This document shows positions 24,346 to 36,110 of a stretch of 64,000 nt of DNA, in pieces; the first letter of the stretch is position 1, and each line of letters begins with the position of its first letter. The stretch is from Takakia lepidozioides (Eukaryota; Plantae; Bryophyta). Position numbers and translations under genes: made by a program. The notes beneath the pieces are model-generated. The model worked only from the letters and a program-made list of their open reading frames with translations. It was not told the origin of the DNA and ran no database searches. The stretch is from assembly GCA_030704615.1 (NCBI GenBank), contig CM060733.1, positions 68,324,001 to 68,388,000 on the forward strand. Direction: 5' to 3'.

Positions 24346-25168
24346 ACACGGGTCACTACCACGGGTCACTTTTTGTTAACATTTTCAGGTTGCGTAGGCA
24401 ATTAAGCAACGGTCATCAACGACCTTAGGCTGTAAACATATGACATATGACATTTTGAGCATTGGTATAAAAGGGCGGCACGCAACTTAGAAGGCATCAG
24501 TGTGTGATCAGGATGATCAGTGTACAATATTTGTGCTATGATGTGAGATGACTCCGAAGTAAAGCAATGGTCTCCCAACACTTCTGTGTAGAGAGAACGT
24601 GAGATAGAGAGAATGTGCACTGTCTTGGAATAGATCTTAGTTGCAGTAGCAGAATGGTGTACTGCCTTGTTGTATACATAGATAGGACTTAGTCGCAGCT
24701 ATCGCAATATAGCTTCGCCTAAGACCCTATCACTGGTTATTAGTGGGAATGCAGATAGTGATCAATCCAAGGACTTGACAGTAGTGGGAGTGATGATTCG
24801 TGGAACCGTAGTGTTCCAGCCACCACTAGCGATTACTACGTAATCGTTCTGCAGCCATAGTACCGTCGGACAACCTCTGCTGAGTACTCAGGGACATGGG
24901 CTGTATTGATGGAAGCACATGTTGCCTAAGTCACCAGCCAGCGGTTAACATTTGGCGACCGTACTGGGGACTAGCGGTATGTTGAGTTCCGGTGAACTCA
25001 AAGAAGGATGGCTATTCGGTGATTTCTTGAAATCAACGGGAGAACGAATCAGCAGAAGCAAAGGAATGGAAAGAATTCTTGAATGAGTTCAATAGACTGC
25101 CAATATCAATACAACAGAAGATCTTCCTTACACTTGCAAAAGAAGATGATAAATGAATTATGATGTGG

Positions 25169-25205
<37 letters not shown>
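25169..25205 (+). repeat. Poly(A) tract (37 A)
   Basis: Pure A run between the ORF1 remnant and gag. Confidence 0.9.
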
Positions 25206-25209
<4 letters not shown>

Positions 25210-28200
25210 CCGAGGAAGAGGGAATGAGTGAAGAAGAAAGGGAAAGAGCTAAGCAAGAAAGAGCTGAAAGACTAGAGAGATATGCAAGAGGACGGGAAGC
25301 TCGACTAAGATTAGAGTTCCCAGAGTTACAAAATTTTGGTATTATTACAGGAGAGACATCTAGACAGGCTGACCCAGCTGATAATCTAGACAGTCAGGAG
25401 ATTAAAACTCCCGACACTGGGAGCACTACACCAGAAGGAGTTGCCACCAACACACTTAACGAGTGGCTACAACAAGAAAGGTCTGGAAAACCTTCAACAG
25501 TAACAAGCCCAAATCGAGGTTTTGTTGATTTACTAGAGGATTGATTTGAAGCTCTTCTAAGTGAAGAAGGTGAAGTTCTTGAGACTGCCACTCCCGAGAA
25601 GGTAGCTAAAACAGCACTCCGAGCGTTCACTGATTCATTGACAACAGTTGGGACAACAGCCAGTAAACAATTATCCCTAGGAAAGGGATCCCCGAGGTTT
25701 TTCTCTGGAAGACAAACACCAGCAACCGGGTGTTACCAACAATACCACTGATAATATCAACACAAGCAGCAACTGGACCATTTCAGTTTGGGGTACCAGC
25801 ACCAGTAGCACCAATGGCTATGGCAGCAAGCAAAACAAGGCCACCATTTCCTTTGTATGATGGGAAATTTGATCCAGATATCCATCTCAATCAATTTGAG
25901 AATATATGCATCATTTACAATGAAGCAACGGATGCAGAGAAGATCCGGTTGTTTCCTTGCTCAATGGCCAGAAAATGCATTAAGTGGTTGGCAACATTTC
26001 CACCAATCATTTCGCCACTTGGAATGATATGAAGGCAGCCTTTCAAGAAAGGTACCGATCAAACAAATCCACATCTGAAATCTTCACAAGATTACAGTTC
26101 ATCTGAGACCAAATGGAAAAGAAGAAGGAATTGGTAGTTGACTACCTGGAGAGAATGAAGACTCTGATCAGGAAACTACCCCCAGCACCAGCGGATGACT
26201 TACAGAAGTTGTGGTTCATAAATGGACTTCGTCTTCCACCAAAGCACAAACAAAGACTCCAAGGATACTGTGGAGGAAAATAATTCTGATGATGAAGAAA
26301 AACCCAAGCCAAAGAAGAAAGAGATGATTGACAAAACCACCTTAGACCAAAAGATAGCAGAGGCTATCAAGAATTTTAAAGACGAAGGTGCAAGAAAAGT
26401 AACATGTCATATGAACAATCACTATACCAGCCATTGTGTTTACAATCAACGAGCCAAGAAGAGTGGGTACACACAAGAGGTGGGAGTCCACCAAGTCCAA
26501 GTTCGACGAGGAGGAACCGAAGAACCAAGACGATTCTATACGGGAAATCGTTATCAAAGGCCACGAGACGACTATCCACCAAGGGATAGGGAACATCAAC
26601 CTAGAAACAAGGAAACCACGAGATGTCACTATTGCAAGAAAGAAGGACACTGGAAACATGAATGCCAATTACGACTCAAGCATGAGGCAGAATTGGGAAA
26701 TACAGAAGCATGACCAAGTGTAGCCGTGAGTGTGGTAACACCTGTAGTAGATACCCTTGCGGTAACTTGTAATCAAGCCAATAAACCACTGCAACACAAA
26801 CTAGGTTTTGTCACACCGGGGATATGTTCAGGCTTTCAATGTATTATTGCTTGAAGTCGCGGATATGGCGGAACCAAAAATGGTCTTCAACTTTGAGGCG
26901 GGACTTGCCCCATGGGCCAGGTGGAAGTTGGAGGAGAGGCCACCAAAGACTTTGAACGAGGCAATTGAAAGGGCTGAATGCTTCTCGGATGTCCCTAGGG
27001 GCGAAAGACAGAGCCGTACGGAGCCGAACCACAAGAATGTCCGGCGGGAGGGTGACTCCTTCTGACCGGAAAAGAAGTGGGATAGGCCACGAGGCGACAA
27101 TGGCACATGGAAATCAAAAGGAGGGCCTTCGCACGTCAAGGCGGCACCCGATGTTCCGAAAGAAAAATCAGGTATGGCGGCTTATGGCGGACAGAAGACG
27201 ACATTTGATGGGGTGTGCTTTAATTGCGGGGAGCCCGGGCATATGGCCAAGAAGTGCGCGAAACCTCGACAATTGAACATGACTCGGGCAACCACGGAGC
27301 TGTCCGAAGACTCCATCAGCCGCTTGGTGGAGGCGGTGGTCGCCAAGACTTGCAAGGTAGACAACTACTCTTGTGAGTTGTATCAAGAGACTGGAGCCTT
27401 GCGTAAAAGGGAGTTTGTTAATGTTCGTGAGCGAGATAATTTCCGGAACTAACGTGTTGTTGTTGGTGGACACAAGAGCGTCGCACTCCTTCATGACACC
27501 GGCAACAACACGGAAGCTGTGGCTCCTGACAAGTGATGTGAGGGCCTCTATTGAAGTGCGTTCTGCCAAATGAGAACCACAACTGACGACGAGGGTGGCG
27601 TTCGATGTAATTCATCTTCAGCTGGGGAGTAGGGAGGGACGTGAGAACTTCACCATTTGGACCTCGTTTTGGGGATGACTTTTTTGAGCAAATCCGGAGC
27701 GGTCATAGATGGCCGCAAGAGAGTAGTCACGCTACCGTGTGGGAATGGTGGTGAAGTTTTACGAGTGTCGGAAACGCCCAACCGAGTGGGAGGGCGAATA
27801 AACCTGCTGACGGAAAAGGAGTGGGCCGTGGAAGAGCCACACGAGCCCCAGTTTTTGCTTTATGTGAGACAAGTGGAAGGAGAAGTCGATAGGGAGCCGA
27901 GCCCAGATTGGATCAAGGGGATCTTGGAGAATACCAAGATGTGATGCCGGAGGATTTGCCGAGCGGTTTGCCACCGCGAAGAGGGGTCGACCATAAGATT
28001 GAGGTGATACCGGGAACGGAGCCGCCTGCCAAGGCACCATACCAGTTGAGCCATAGGGAGTTGGTGGAGCTGAAGAAGTAGCTCAAGGACCTCATGGCAA
28101 AGGGATACATCCAGCCAAGTAAGTCACCTTATGGAGCCCGGTGCTATTCGCAGACAAAAAGGATGGAACGCTACGGATGTGTGTTGATTACAGGGCTCTA

Positions 28201-28652
28201 AACAAGGTGACTATCAAAAACCGGTACCCTCTGCCAAGAATTGACGACCTCTTCGATCGGTTGGCAGACGCGAAGTATTTCAGCCGGATCGATTTGCGCT
28301 CGGGTTACTACCAAATCCAAGTGGCGGAATGAGATGAGGAGAAGACCGCGCATGACAAGATATGGTTCATATGAGTTCTTGGTAATGCCTTTTGGGCTCA
28401 CCAACGCACCCGCGACCTTTAGCACGCTAATGAATAGCCTTTTCCAGGAGTGGTGAAAGATGTCTAACTCTCCCTGTCTCTTCTTGTCCAACTATGACCA
28501 ATTTCAGGCGCTTTGTTTATCTTGCTATTCACAGGGAATTTATCAAAAATCCCACAAAATCTGCTTGCTTGAATCAACAACAATATGGACCTCATGTAAC
28601 CAGCCTCTTTTAGTCCAATCACAATTCTTTGACTCAGATCGTAACAGAGATC

Positions 28653-31600
28653 GAGGTTTACTATTTCATGAACAGAAACCATGAGCCATGAGCCATGAGC
28701 CGCATGAGCCGCATGAGCGGTGAGCCGAAGTCTAAGACACGCGGATTTCATGAGCGGACTCCTCCAAATTTGGAAATGCGGCACATTAAACAAGTATTAA
28801 AATAATAGTTTTTTTCATTTCACCTTGCCGTTTTTGGATGTTCCAGATCCTGTAATGCGGCGAAGATATGTCGTTAGTAATAAGTCCGCTCATGGTTTTT
28901 TAAATCCGCTCATGGAAATGAGTGACCGTGCAACGAGAAATCCAGTATACCACGGCAAAAGGACGTCGCATACTAGCCTGTATAGAGTATTCCGCGGTTT
29001 TACATGCCTTAACATTGGAATGAAGTTGACCCTTTTGCCGCGATTGAACCAATAGAGTCTGTACCAATAGAGTCTGTAGTACTTCACAATTTAGTTATCT
29101 TCGGGTATTCGGCGGGAAAGATTTGCGACTCAACTGGGAAATGTGGTGAAGCATTAGGGTTCGCACGTGCGAAATTTCTGGGGGGTTTGGTGTTGGCGAC
29201 GGTCGGCTCCGTGAAGGCTGGGTGCGACTATCTTGCTATGACGAAGGCTGCATCTACCAGTACCTACGACATTACTTGGAAATGCGGCGCCGCATTTCCT
29301 TACCGGGGGTCGAATGAGGAAAGCAAAGTTTGGGAGAGCAGAAAAACAGGAACCCTCTAACAAACAAAAATACAAGCACGTGGAAACACAAGTGAATGAC
29401 ATAGTATTATCTTAGTTCGAGCAAAACATGGTACTGGTAGGCAAGACATAAGTCGGACCTTTCTGTGGCCAGAGTCAGAGGTACTTGCAGCAGTACAGTT
29501 CTACTATCCGAAAAGGATGGGCGTACCATTGTGTGGGGACCGCAAGCCAAGCTCACTCGTCCCCTGGATCCATATGCAAAAGAGTGTGCACCTCTCGAGG
29601 GCTCAACCCTGGTGCATGTATGAAGTGATGAGTTGTGGAATTACACCGGAGTCTCTTTAGGTACACGTAGTACAGATGCTTGTAAGGGCAGTATGATGTC
29701 CCCTTGTTCGCCATGATCTGGAAGTCGGTGCAATTGCAAGTGGGTAATTCTGAAATGGTGATGGTGTACACCTCATTGCAAACAGCTGAGCCTGCCATGG
29801 CCATCTGATCCACACGCCTGAAGCCTGGTGGGGGCACTTCTGTCGAGCTCTGGATTGTACAGTTCATCCGAAGTGCATTCCCCATCCTTGTCTCGTTCAC
29901 TTTTGAGGGAGGTCACCGCATCTTCGGTTTCCCCCAACGGTGTGTAGGATGCTTAGAGCTGTCGCGTCCCAGTGTTCTTGCTCTCACAAGGGTCGGTGGT
30001 GGAGGCTGTGGAAGCGGAAATGGTTGTCTGGGGACGTCAGTGCGCTGCACCATCCGAAATCCTGCGGCAGTAAGGGCGTCGGCCTCAACCTGACTCAGAT
30101 CGCAGCCTGGTTCCACCGGCCACACCGGGGGAGCCTCTGGCATTGTTGGTATGCCATACTTGGGCTTTCCATACACGCAAGTCATAATGTTGTGCCTGCA
30201 GAACCAGAACTGGGTGGTTGTCGCCTCCGCAAACTTTGCATGGACAAATCTTCATGTAAAAGTAGGAGCAGGGACAGCCCCATCTGGATTCCTCCTTATC
30301 ATCTCTAAACAATGTTGCCGTGTATCCACTCGAATTGCGGAACACCTGCCTCGAAACGCCGGCTTTGTGCGAGCAATTCTCCGCTGTGACGCAAACACAG
30401 TCGTCTCCACAATGGATTGGCCATACTGCATAACAGCGGGCGGAATCTGGGGCAAGCGAGCGGTGGGAATTTCTTGCACGGAATGGCGATCTGGAAACTC
30501 TTGGGCTTCCACTACTGGAAGACACACTGTGCGGCAACATGACGGGACCTCGAGGTGCTGTCCGAATGTTCCTGTCGGATCTCCAGGAATCCTCTTCGCA
30601 CCCGGGTTCCTCTTCAATCCTCCGCCTCACAGGGCAAGTACGGACGTCCCCCTCTAGGTGTTCACCTCTGCGGTGCAGAGGCGTCCCTTTGATCTTCTCT
30701 CGCAATGTTGTCGCCCATTTCAGTGGATTCTTCGACCTCGAAGCTGTTCGTACCAACAATTCCTCCCTGTCCGGCCCAAAGCCCCATTGTTTCCCGCTCA
30801 GGAACTTGTAGTACGTGGCTTGCTGCATGATTGCTCTATCGATGTCCTCCGTTGTGGCCGTCACTACGTCCACCAGATGTGCGGCAGAAGACGCTCGCCA
30901 GGAGGAGTGGACTGATTTTGCCATATTTGTGTTCGGCATGTCCGTGTCGGAATCCAAGCACCGCTCCTACAAGGACAGAAACAATGGTGAGGGACCAATG
31001 CAAAGGTCCGTAATAGAACGACAATTGCACGAAAAGTCTGGCATCATATACTGTCCGAACTGTCGATACCGGAAATGCCACCACCCCAACCAGCTGTTCA
31101 AGGCTCCCAGATTGGTTGTCTCCACTGCACCTGATGTGTTCCACCAAGCCTCGATGATAGCAAACTTTACCTCCGCGTCATCAAATGTGGGTGCATCCTT
31201 CCACGCCGTACAAAGGACACGGTGTTCAGCCTGGAATGAGCTAGCAACAAATTTGGTAGTGTAGTTAGATAGACTCTGCATCCAATGGAATCCACAGGAT
31301 CTCTCTTTCCTCTCCATTGGAACATTGGGGTCCTCACCATACACACGCCGCACCGCTGCCCAGTTGGCCTGAGCGTTGTCTGCCATGAATCCCCTGAAAT
31401 TGGGCTCTGGCAAACCTGCCCTTGCCATCTACTCGTTTATGCCCTCCCACAGATGCATCTCCGACTGTGTGTCCTCCCCTTTCATCTCACAGATTGCAAT
31501 CGTCATGAGCCTCTTGGAGTGATAGTCATAAACATGCGCACCCATAGTCACCCACTGATGGTTTGTAATTCGCTTGATGTGATCAAACATCACCCAAGCA

Positions 31601-32344
31601 TTCGACAAGTTTCCAGTTGTCATGCGAGTGACCAAGTCGACTCCCACACGTCGACATTTTAAAAATGTAACAATGATCGGATTCACTGCCTTGCCCTGGA
31701 AACCTGCTACCTTGGATGTAGTCATATCCAGTCATACGTTTCACCTCCAGGATTGAGTGCATGTCCGACCCCCGGCCGAACTCCTGCTTGCAAGATACGA
31801 TGTGATTCCGCACATTCGGACTACAAACGTGCGAGACGGACTCCAACAGGTCAAGCATCTCCTCTTCATTCAAGGGCACTCGGTCTGAACCATCTTCAGA
31901 CATGATTTTGCCAAGAGCAATCTTGTGGGCTGCCTTCAGCTGAATCTGCTTTGGTCTGGCTCCGGGGCTCAATTTCACCTCCTCTTTTATGATGTCGTGT
32001 GCTTCCTGCACAGCCTCCCGCATGTTGCCTCTCGCCAAGGGGTGGTAGTGGACCCCAACGTGTATGTTGCAAATGGCTGGTAGGCTGAAATGGGCCCTCA
32101 TTCTACAGAGCAGTACCACCCTACCATTCGTGAAACATTGCCTTTCAATTGGTAATTCTAAAAAACATTGTCGAACCTCCTTCATCGGGAGGTCCTTCTC
32201 CCCCTATGACCGTGACACCCTCAACCCTATTCTCGCGGACACTCATTTCTGGAAAATAGTCCTGCTCATGCTTTTTTCGACACTTACGACTCTGCTCGTG
32301 GCTCATGCCGCTCATGGCTCATGGCTCATGAAATAGCAGCCCCC
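28653..32344 (-). mobile_element. MULE copy 2, both termini present, internally deleted
   Basis: 9-bp TSD ACAGAGATC (28644-28652 and 32345-32353); imperfect TIRs of about 19 bp (GAGGTTTACTATTTCATGA / GGGGGCTGCTATTTCATGA) followed by CATGAGC repeats. Confidence 0.93.
29553..32066 (-). pseudogene. MULE transposase (DDE plus SWIM), with stops and frameshifts, N-terminus deleted
   Basis: WVMFDH (D1), FMADNA (D2), CGFH (CxxH), TNMAKSVH (expected catalytic E reads K), SWIM PTCNCTDF...KH. Confidence 0.88.
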
Positions 32345-34569
32345 ACAGAGATCACTCTAGTCCAACGATCGTTCAGCCCTGATCTTCACATAAGCATATT
32401 CACAAGCCTCAAAGCGAACCTTTCTTGTTCCAAACCGTGACTGGAATCAGATCTAAACTGTCCCTCTTCAAATCACTCTTGATGAAACCTTAGTCGCAGG
32501 ATTCATACCATCACTTTATACAAAAGAGAAATCAGTCTCTGCTGTTGTAAGCTACCAAAGTCCAGTGACGTCTATTCCAACATCAACCTACAACTCTATA
32601 TGCACAGCACCGGTTACAGCATCCGGTCCACCCAGCCACCACGCCGTGCTACATCAGATTTCCTGCCCATGCAGATCTGCTCAAGGTGCCTGTACACCAT
32701 CATCTCTATTTATGCTCTCTTGCCCTGTCCACGCCCATAAAAAATCCCTAGTCCTGGATCATCTTCATGCATGCGAGCCTGCTCCATTTAACCTGCAACT
32801 GTCAGTTCGGCGAAATTCTAGCAGTCTCTTGTTCCGAACTGGTTGATAGGTCGACTTTTGTTCCTAGTACCTAACAAGTGGTTAGATGACTTTGTGATCG
32901 TGTACATCGGCAACATCTTGGTGTACTCGAAAACAAAGGAAGACCACCTGGAGCACCTCAAAAGGGTGTTCCTGAAGTTGCGGGAAGGGAAGCTTTATGC
33001 CAAAGCTTCAAAGTGCGAATTCGGGGTCACGAAGGTAGAGTTCCTAGGGCATGTGATTACACAAGATGGGATCAAAATGGATGACAGAAAGGTGAGGGCG
33101 ATCTTGGACTGGAACCACCGACTTCGGTCCCGGGAGTGCGATCTTTTCTAGGACTCGCCTCCTACTACCGAAAGTATGTGAGAAATTTTGCCAAGATCGT
33201 GGGGTCGTTGTCAGACCTTCTGTGTAAGTCCAAGGTATGGATATGGATCACTTTTTGTGGCCAAGCTTTTGCCGAGTTGAAGCAGTGGATGGCAGAAGCT
33301 CCAGTCTTGAAAATCCCGGAGTTCGACCGTTCATTTGAGATTCATATAGATGCGTCGGACTTCGCAATCGGGGGTGCGCTCATGCAGGATGGACGTCCAG
33401 TGGCTTACGAAAGTAAGAAACTGAATGAAGTGGAGCAACGGTGGCCTATGCATGAGAAAAAATAAAGGCGGTGGTGCATTGCCTTGAGCTTTGGCGCCAC
33501 TATGTTGGTTCCAACCCGGTGAAGGTATTCACGGACAATGTCACGGTGAAGTATTTTTCCAGACAGCTTAAGTTGTCCCCAAAACAAATTAGATGGCAAG
33601 ACACTTTGGCAATGTTTGACGTGGATATCCAGTACAAACCGGGACGGGACAATGTGGTGGCCGATGCTCTAAGTAGAAAGCAGCAGCTCATGTTGGTGTA
33701 TAGGGGCGAGACGACGCTCCAAAAGAAGATCCGGAAGGCTTATCGGAAGGATGAGATGGCAAAGTCCGTGATGCGGGACTTGAAGTTGGGGGTTAAATTA
33801 CAGTTCCACTTGCACAATGGACTGCTCTGGTACAAGCAAAAGCGTCTCTACGTGTCGAAGGGAGGGATCAGAGATGGTCTCTTGAGAGAATGCCACGATG
33901 GCCCGCTTGTGGGCCACATCGGAGCCAAGCGCACTGCGGCACTCTTGAAGAAAGAGTATTTCTGGCCCAAACTGAGGGAGGAGGCCGAGGAGTATGTCAA
34001 GACATGCACCACATGCCAACAAAACCGGAGCGAGTACAAAAAGCAAGCAGGGCTGTTACAACCCTTACCGATTCCAGAGGGGTCTTGGGAGAGTGTCTCA
34101 ATGGATTTCATGACTGCTTTGCCGCTGTCAAAAGGATTCGATGCGATCATGGTGGTGGTGGATAGGTTCAATAAAATGGGCCATTTCATCCTCACCAAGG
34201 AAACGACATCGGCGCAGGAGACGGGGCAACTTTACTTTGCCCACGTTCTCAAGCATCATGGACTCCCAAAGGACATTGTTTCAGACCGCGATCCAAAGTT
34301 TACAAGTAAGTTTTGGAGGGCACTTTGGAAGAAGATGGGGACGAGGCTCAAGATGAGCACGGCCTTCTGACCTACAACGGACGGCCAAATAGAAAGAGGG
34401 AACTCGGTGGTAAAGCAACTCTTGCGGAATTACGTGTCGGCAGACCAGTCGGACTGGGTGGAGCACTTAGATGCGGCAAAGTTCTGTTATAAAAACACAA
34501 AACACTCCGCAACGGGAGCTTCCCCTTTCGTATTGGTCTACGGAAAAGCACCTCTGGTGCCGACAAGTT

Positions 34570-35501
34570 GGGGACTTAGACACTTATACGGGATCTGTAG
34601 GGTACCCTTAATTTTTGCACAGACTGAGACAAACAGGAACCTTAGGGGTGACAGCAGCGCACTGTAGAGGGGGGTTACATAGCCCACACAGCCGACACAG
34701 CAGTCACAGCCCACACAGCCAACACAGCCCGTCACAGTCGTCACAGCCCACACAGCCCACACAGCCCGTCACAGTCGTCACAGCAGACACAGCCCACACA
34801 GCCAGTCACAGCCCGGCACAGCCACACAGCCAGTCACAGCCCGACACAGCCAAACACAACCAGTCACCGCTTGACACAGCTGTCACGATAATAGGGAACG
34901 AAGAGTAGGACAGGGAACGACTGTGGGGAACAACACCTGTGAAGGGAACATGTTAGTTCACATACGACGGTTAGAGAGGGAAACGGTTAGAACCGCGGAT
35001 AGGAGGATAAAGGGAAGAACGGGGAATGATGAGGGGATCATTATTCGGGGAGGACTTCGGAGTCAGGCGGGAGCGGAGATCGGAGAGCACGATGAAGGAG
35101 AAAAGAGGATTAGTAGATGCTTGTCATATGCAAAGCTAGAGTGATATTGTAGAGCAGATTAGAGACATAATGGCTTTGGCCTGATACCTGATAAATCATA
35201 ATCTGATACTTATACGATACAATCACACTGTGTAGAGAGATCTGAGTGAAGCTGTGGATTGAATGGATTAGTGGAGGGAACCGATAGATCGATGAAGCAA
35301 ACTGATACTTAATTATCAATGGTAAGGTAGCTAAGATGAATGCGGAAAGGGAAACAAATAGGAAACACCCCCATGATACACTAGCTGTAGGTCATGACTG
35401 ATTGTTCTGCGCGGGCTGAGTACTTAGAGATTTCCAACTCTTCTATCTTGGAGTTTCCGCCTCGGATAGCGAAGGGATGGGTGAGTAAAAGCCGCGCGAC
35501 A
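34570..35501 (+). repeat. B1 5' LTR (first 15 bp missing)
   Basis: Matches 42873-43905; ends CGCGACA before the PBS. Confidence 0.93.
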
Positions 35502-36089
35502 TTTGGCGACCGTACTGGGAGCCTCCAACATGAACAACCAGATGTGACAGGCATCTGGTGGGATCATGGTGGTTGGACCATTAAAGAATTTGAAGTGAAT
35601 CAAATTCCCTGTGGAACGAAGGAAGAAAGATTGTCCAAACAATTCTTTCAAAGGTTCTTGGAATTGCCAGACGGATGTAAAGAAAATATTCTTAAACGAG
35701 TGCATGATGCTGATCCAGAATGGGGTCTGGAGAAAGGAGTGATAAAGATTTATCAGGTAGCCTGTAGAGGAAGAGCACGTTGGTTACCAACATTAGTTTA
35801 TGTGATAGCGTTGCTATCCATTAAACGAGTAGAGTTTGAAGGCTGGGAAGAAAGAAAGGTGAATGTTTATACTCATATGCATGAAGAGCTTGTACTGGTA
35901 AAGAATTGGATTCCAAAGGATATTTTGTGGATCAAACTCACACCAAGAACAGCTTTTCAGACTTGTTTGCCATATGGTTATATGGTAACGGAGACTTCAA
36001 GTATAGCCAAGGGTGCATTGAAGCTTGAAAGAAATCCAGGCATATACGAGAGATATTACAGAAGAGAGTTTTGGTTATTGCCACATTAA
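35394..36089 (+). CDS. Family B extra ORF1 upstream of gag, 231 aa, F-box-like motif, function unknown
   Basis: Intact ORF with homologs at 60241-60936, 57699-58052 (-) and 25073-25156; motif FLELPDGCKENILKRV. Confidence 0.75.
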   Translation: MTDCSARAEYLEISNSSILEFPPRIAKGWVSKSRATFGDRTGSLQHEQPDVTGIWWDHGGWTIKEFEVNQIPCGTKEERLSKQFFQRFLELPDGCKENILKRVHDADPEWGLEKGVIKIYQVACRGRARWLPTLVYVIALLSIKRVEFEGWEERKVNVYTHMHEELVLVKNWIPKDILWIKLTPRTAFQTCLPYGYMVTETSSIAKGALKLERNPGIYERYYRREFWLLPH

Positions 36090-36110
36090 AAGAAATGAAA
36101 GACATGGGAC

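Larger units (their letters stand above)
23333..26808 (+). mobile_element. Non-chromoviral Ty3/Gypsy family C, copy C1 (5' LTR, PBS, ORF1 remnant, decayed gag)
   Basis: LTR TGATAAC...GTTAACA (23333-24950, holding a MITE); PBS TGGCGACCGTACTGGGGA at 24953; gag homologous to family B (RPPFPLYDGKFDPDIHLNQFE; CHYCKKEGHWKHEC). Confidence 0.87.
28454..32876. mobile_element. Solo LTR family D (about 722 bp net), inserted in the A2 RT and split by MULE copy 2
   Basis: TG...CA termini (TGAAAG...CTAACA); perfect 5-bp TSD AGTGG (28449-28453 and 32877-32881); the RT frame FQEW|LDDF rejoins across it. Confidence 0.88.
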
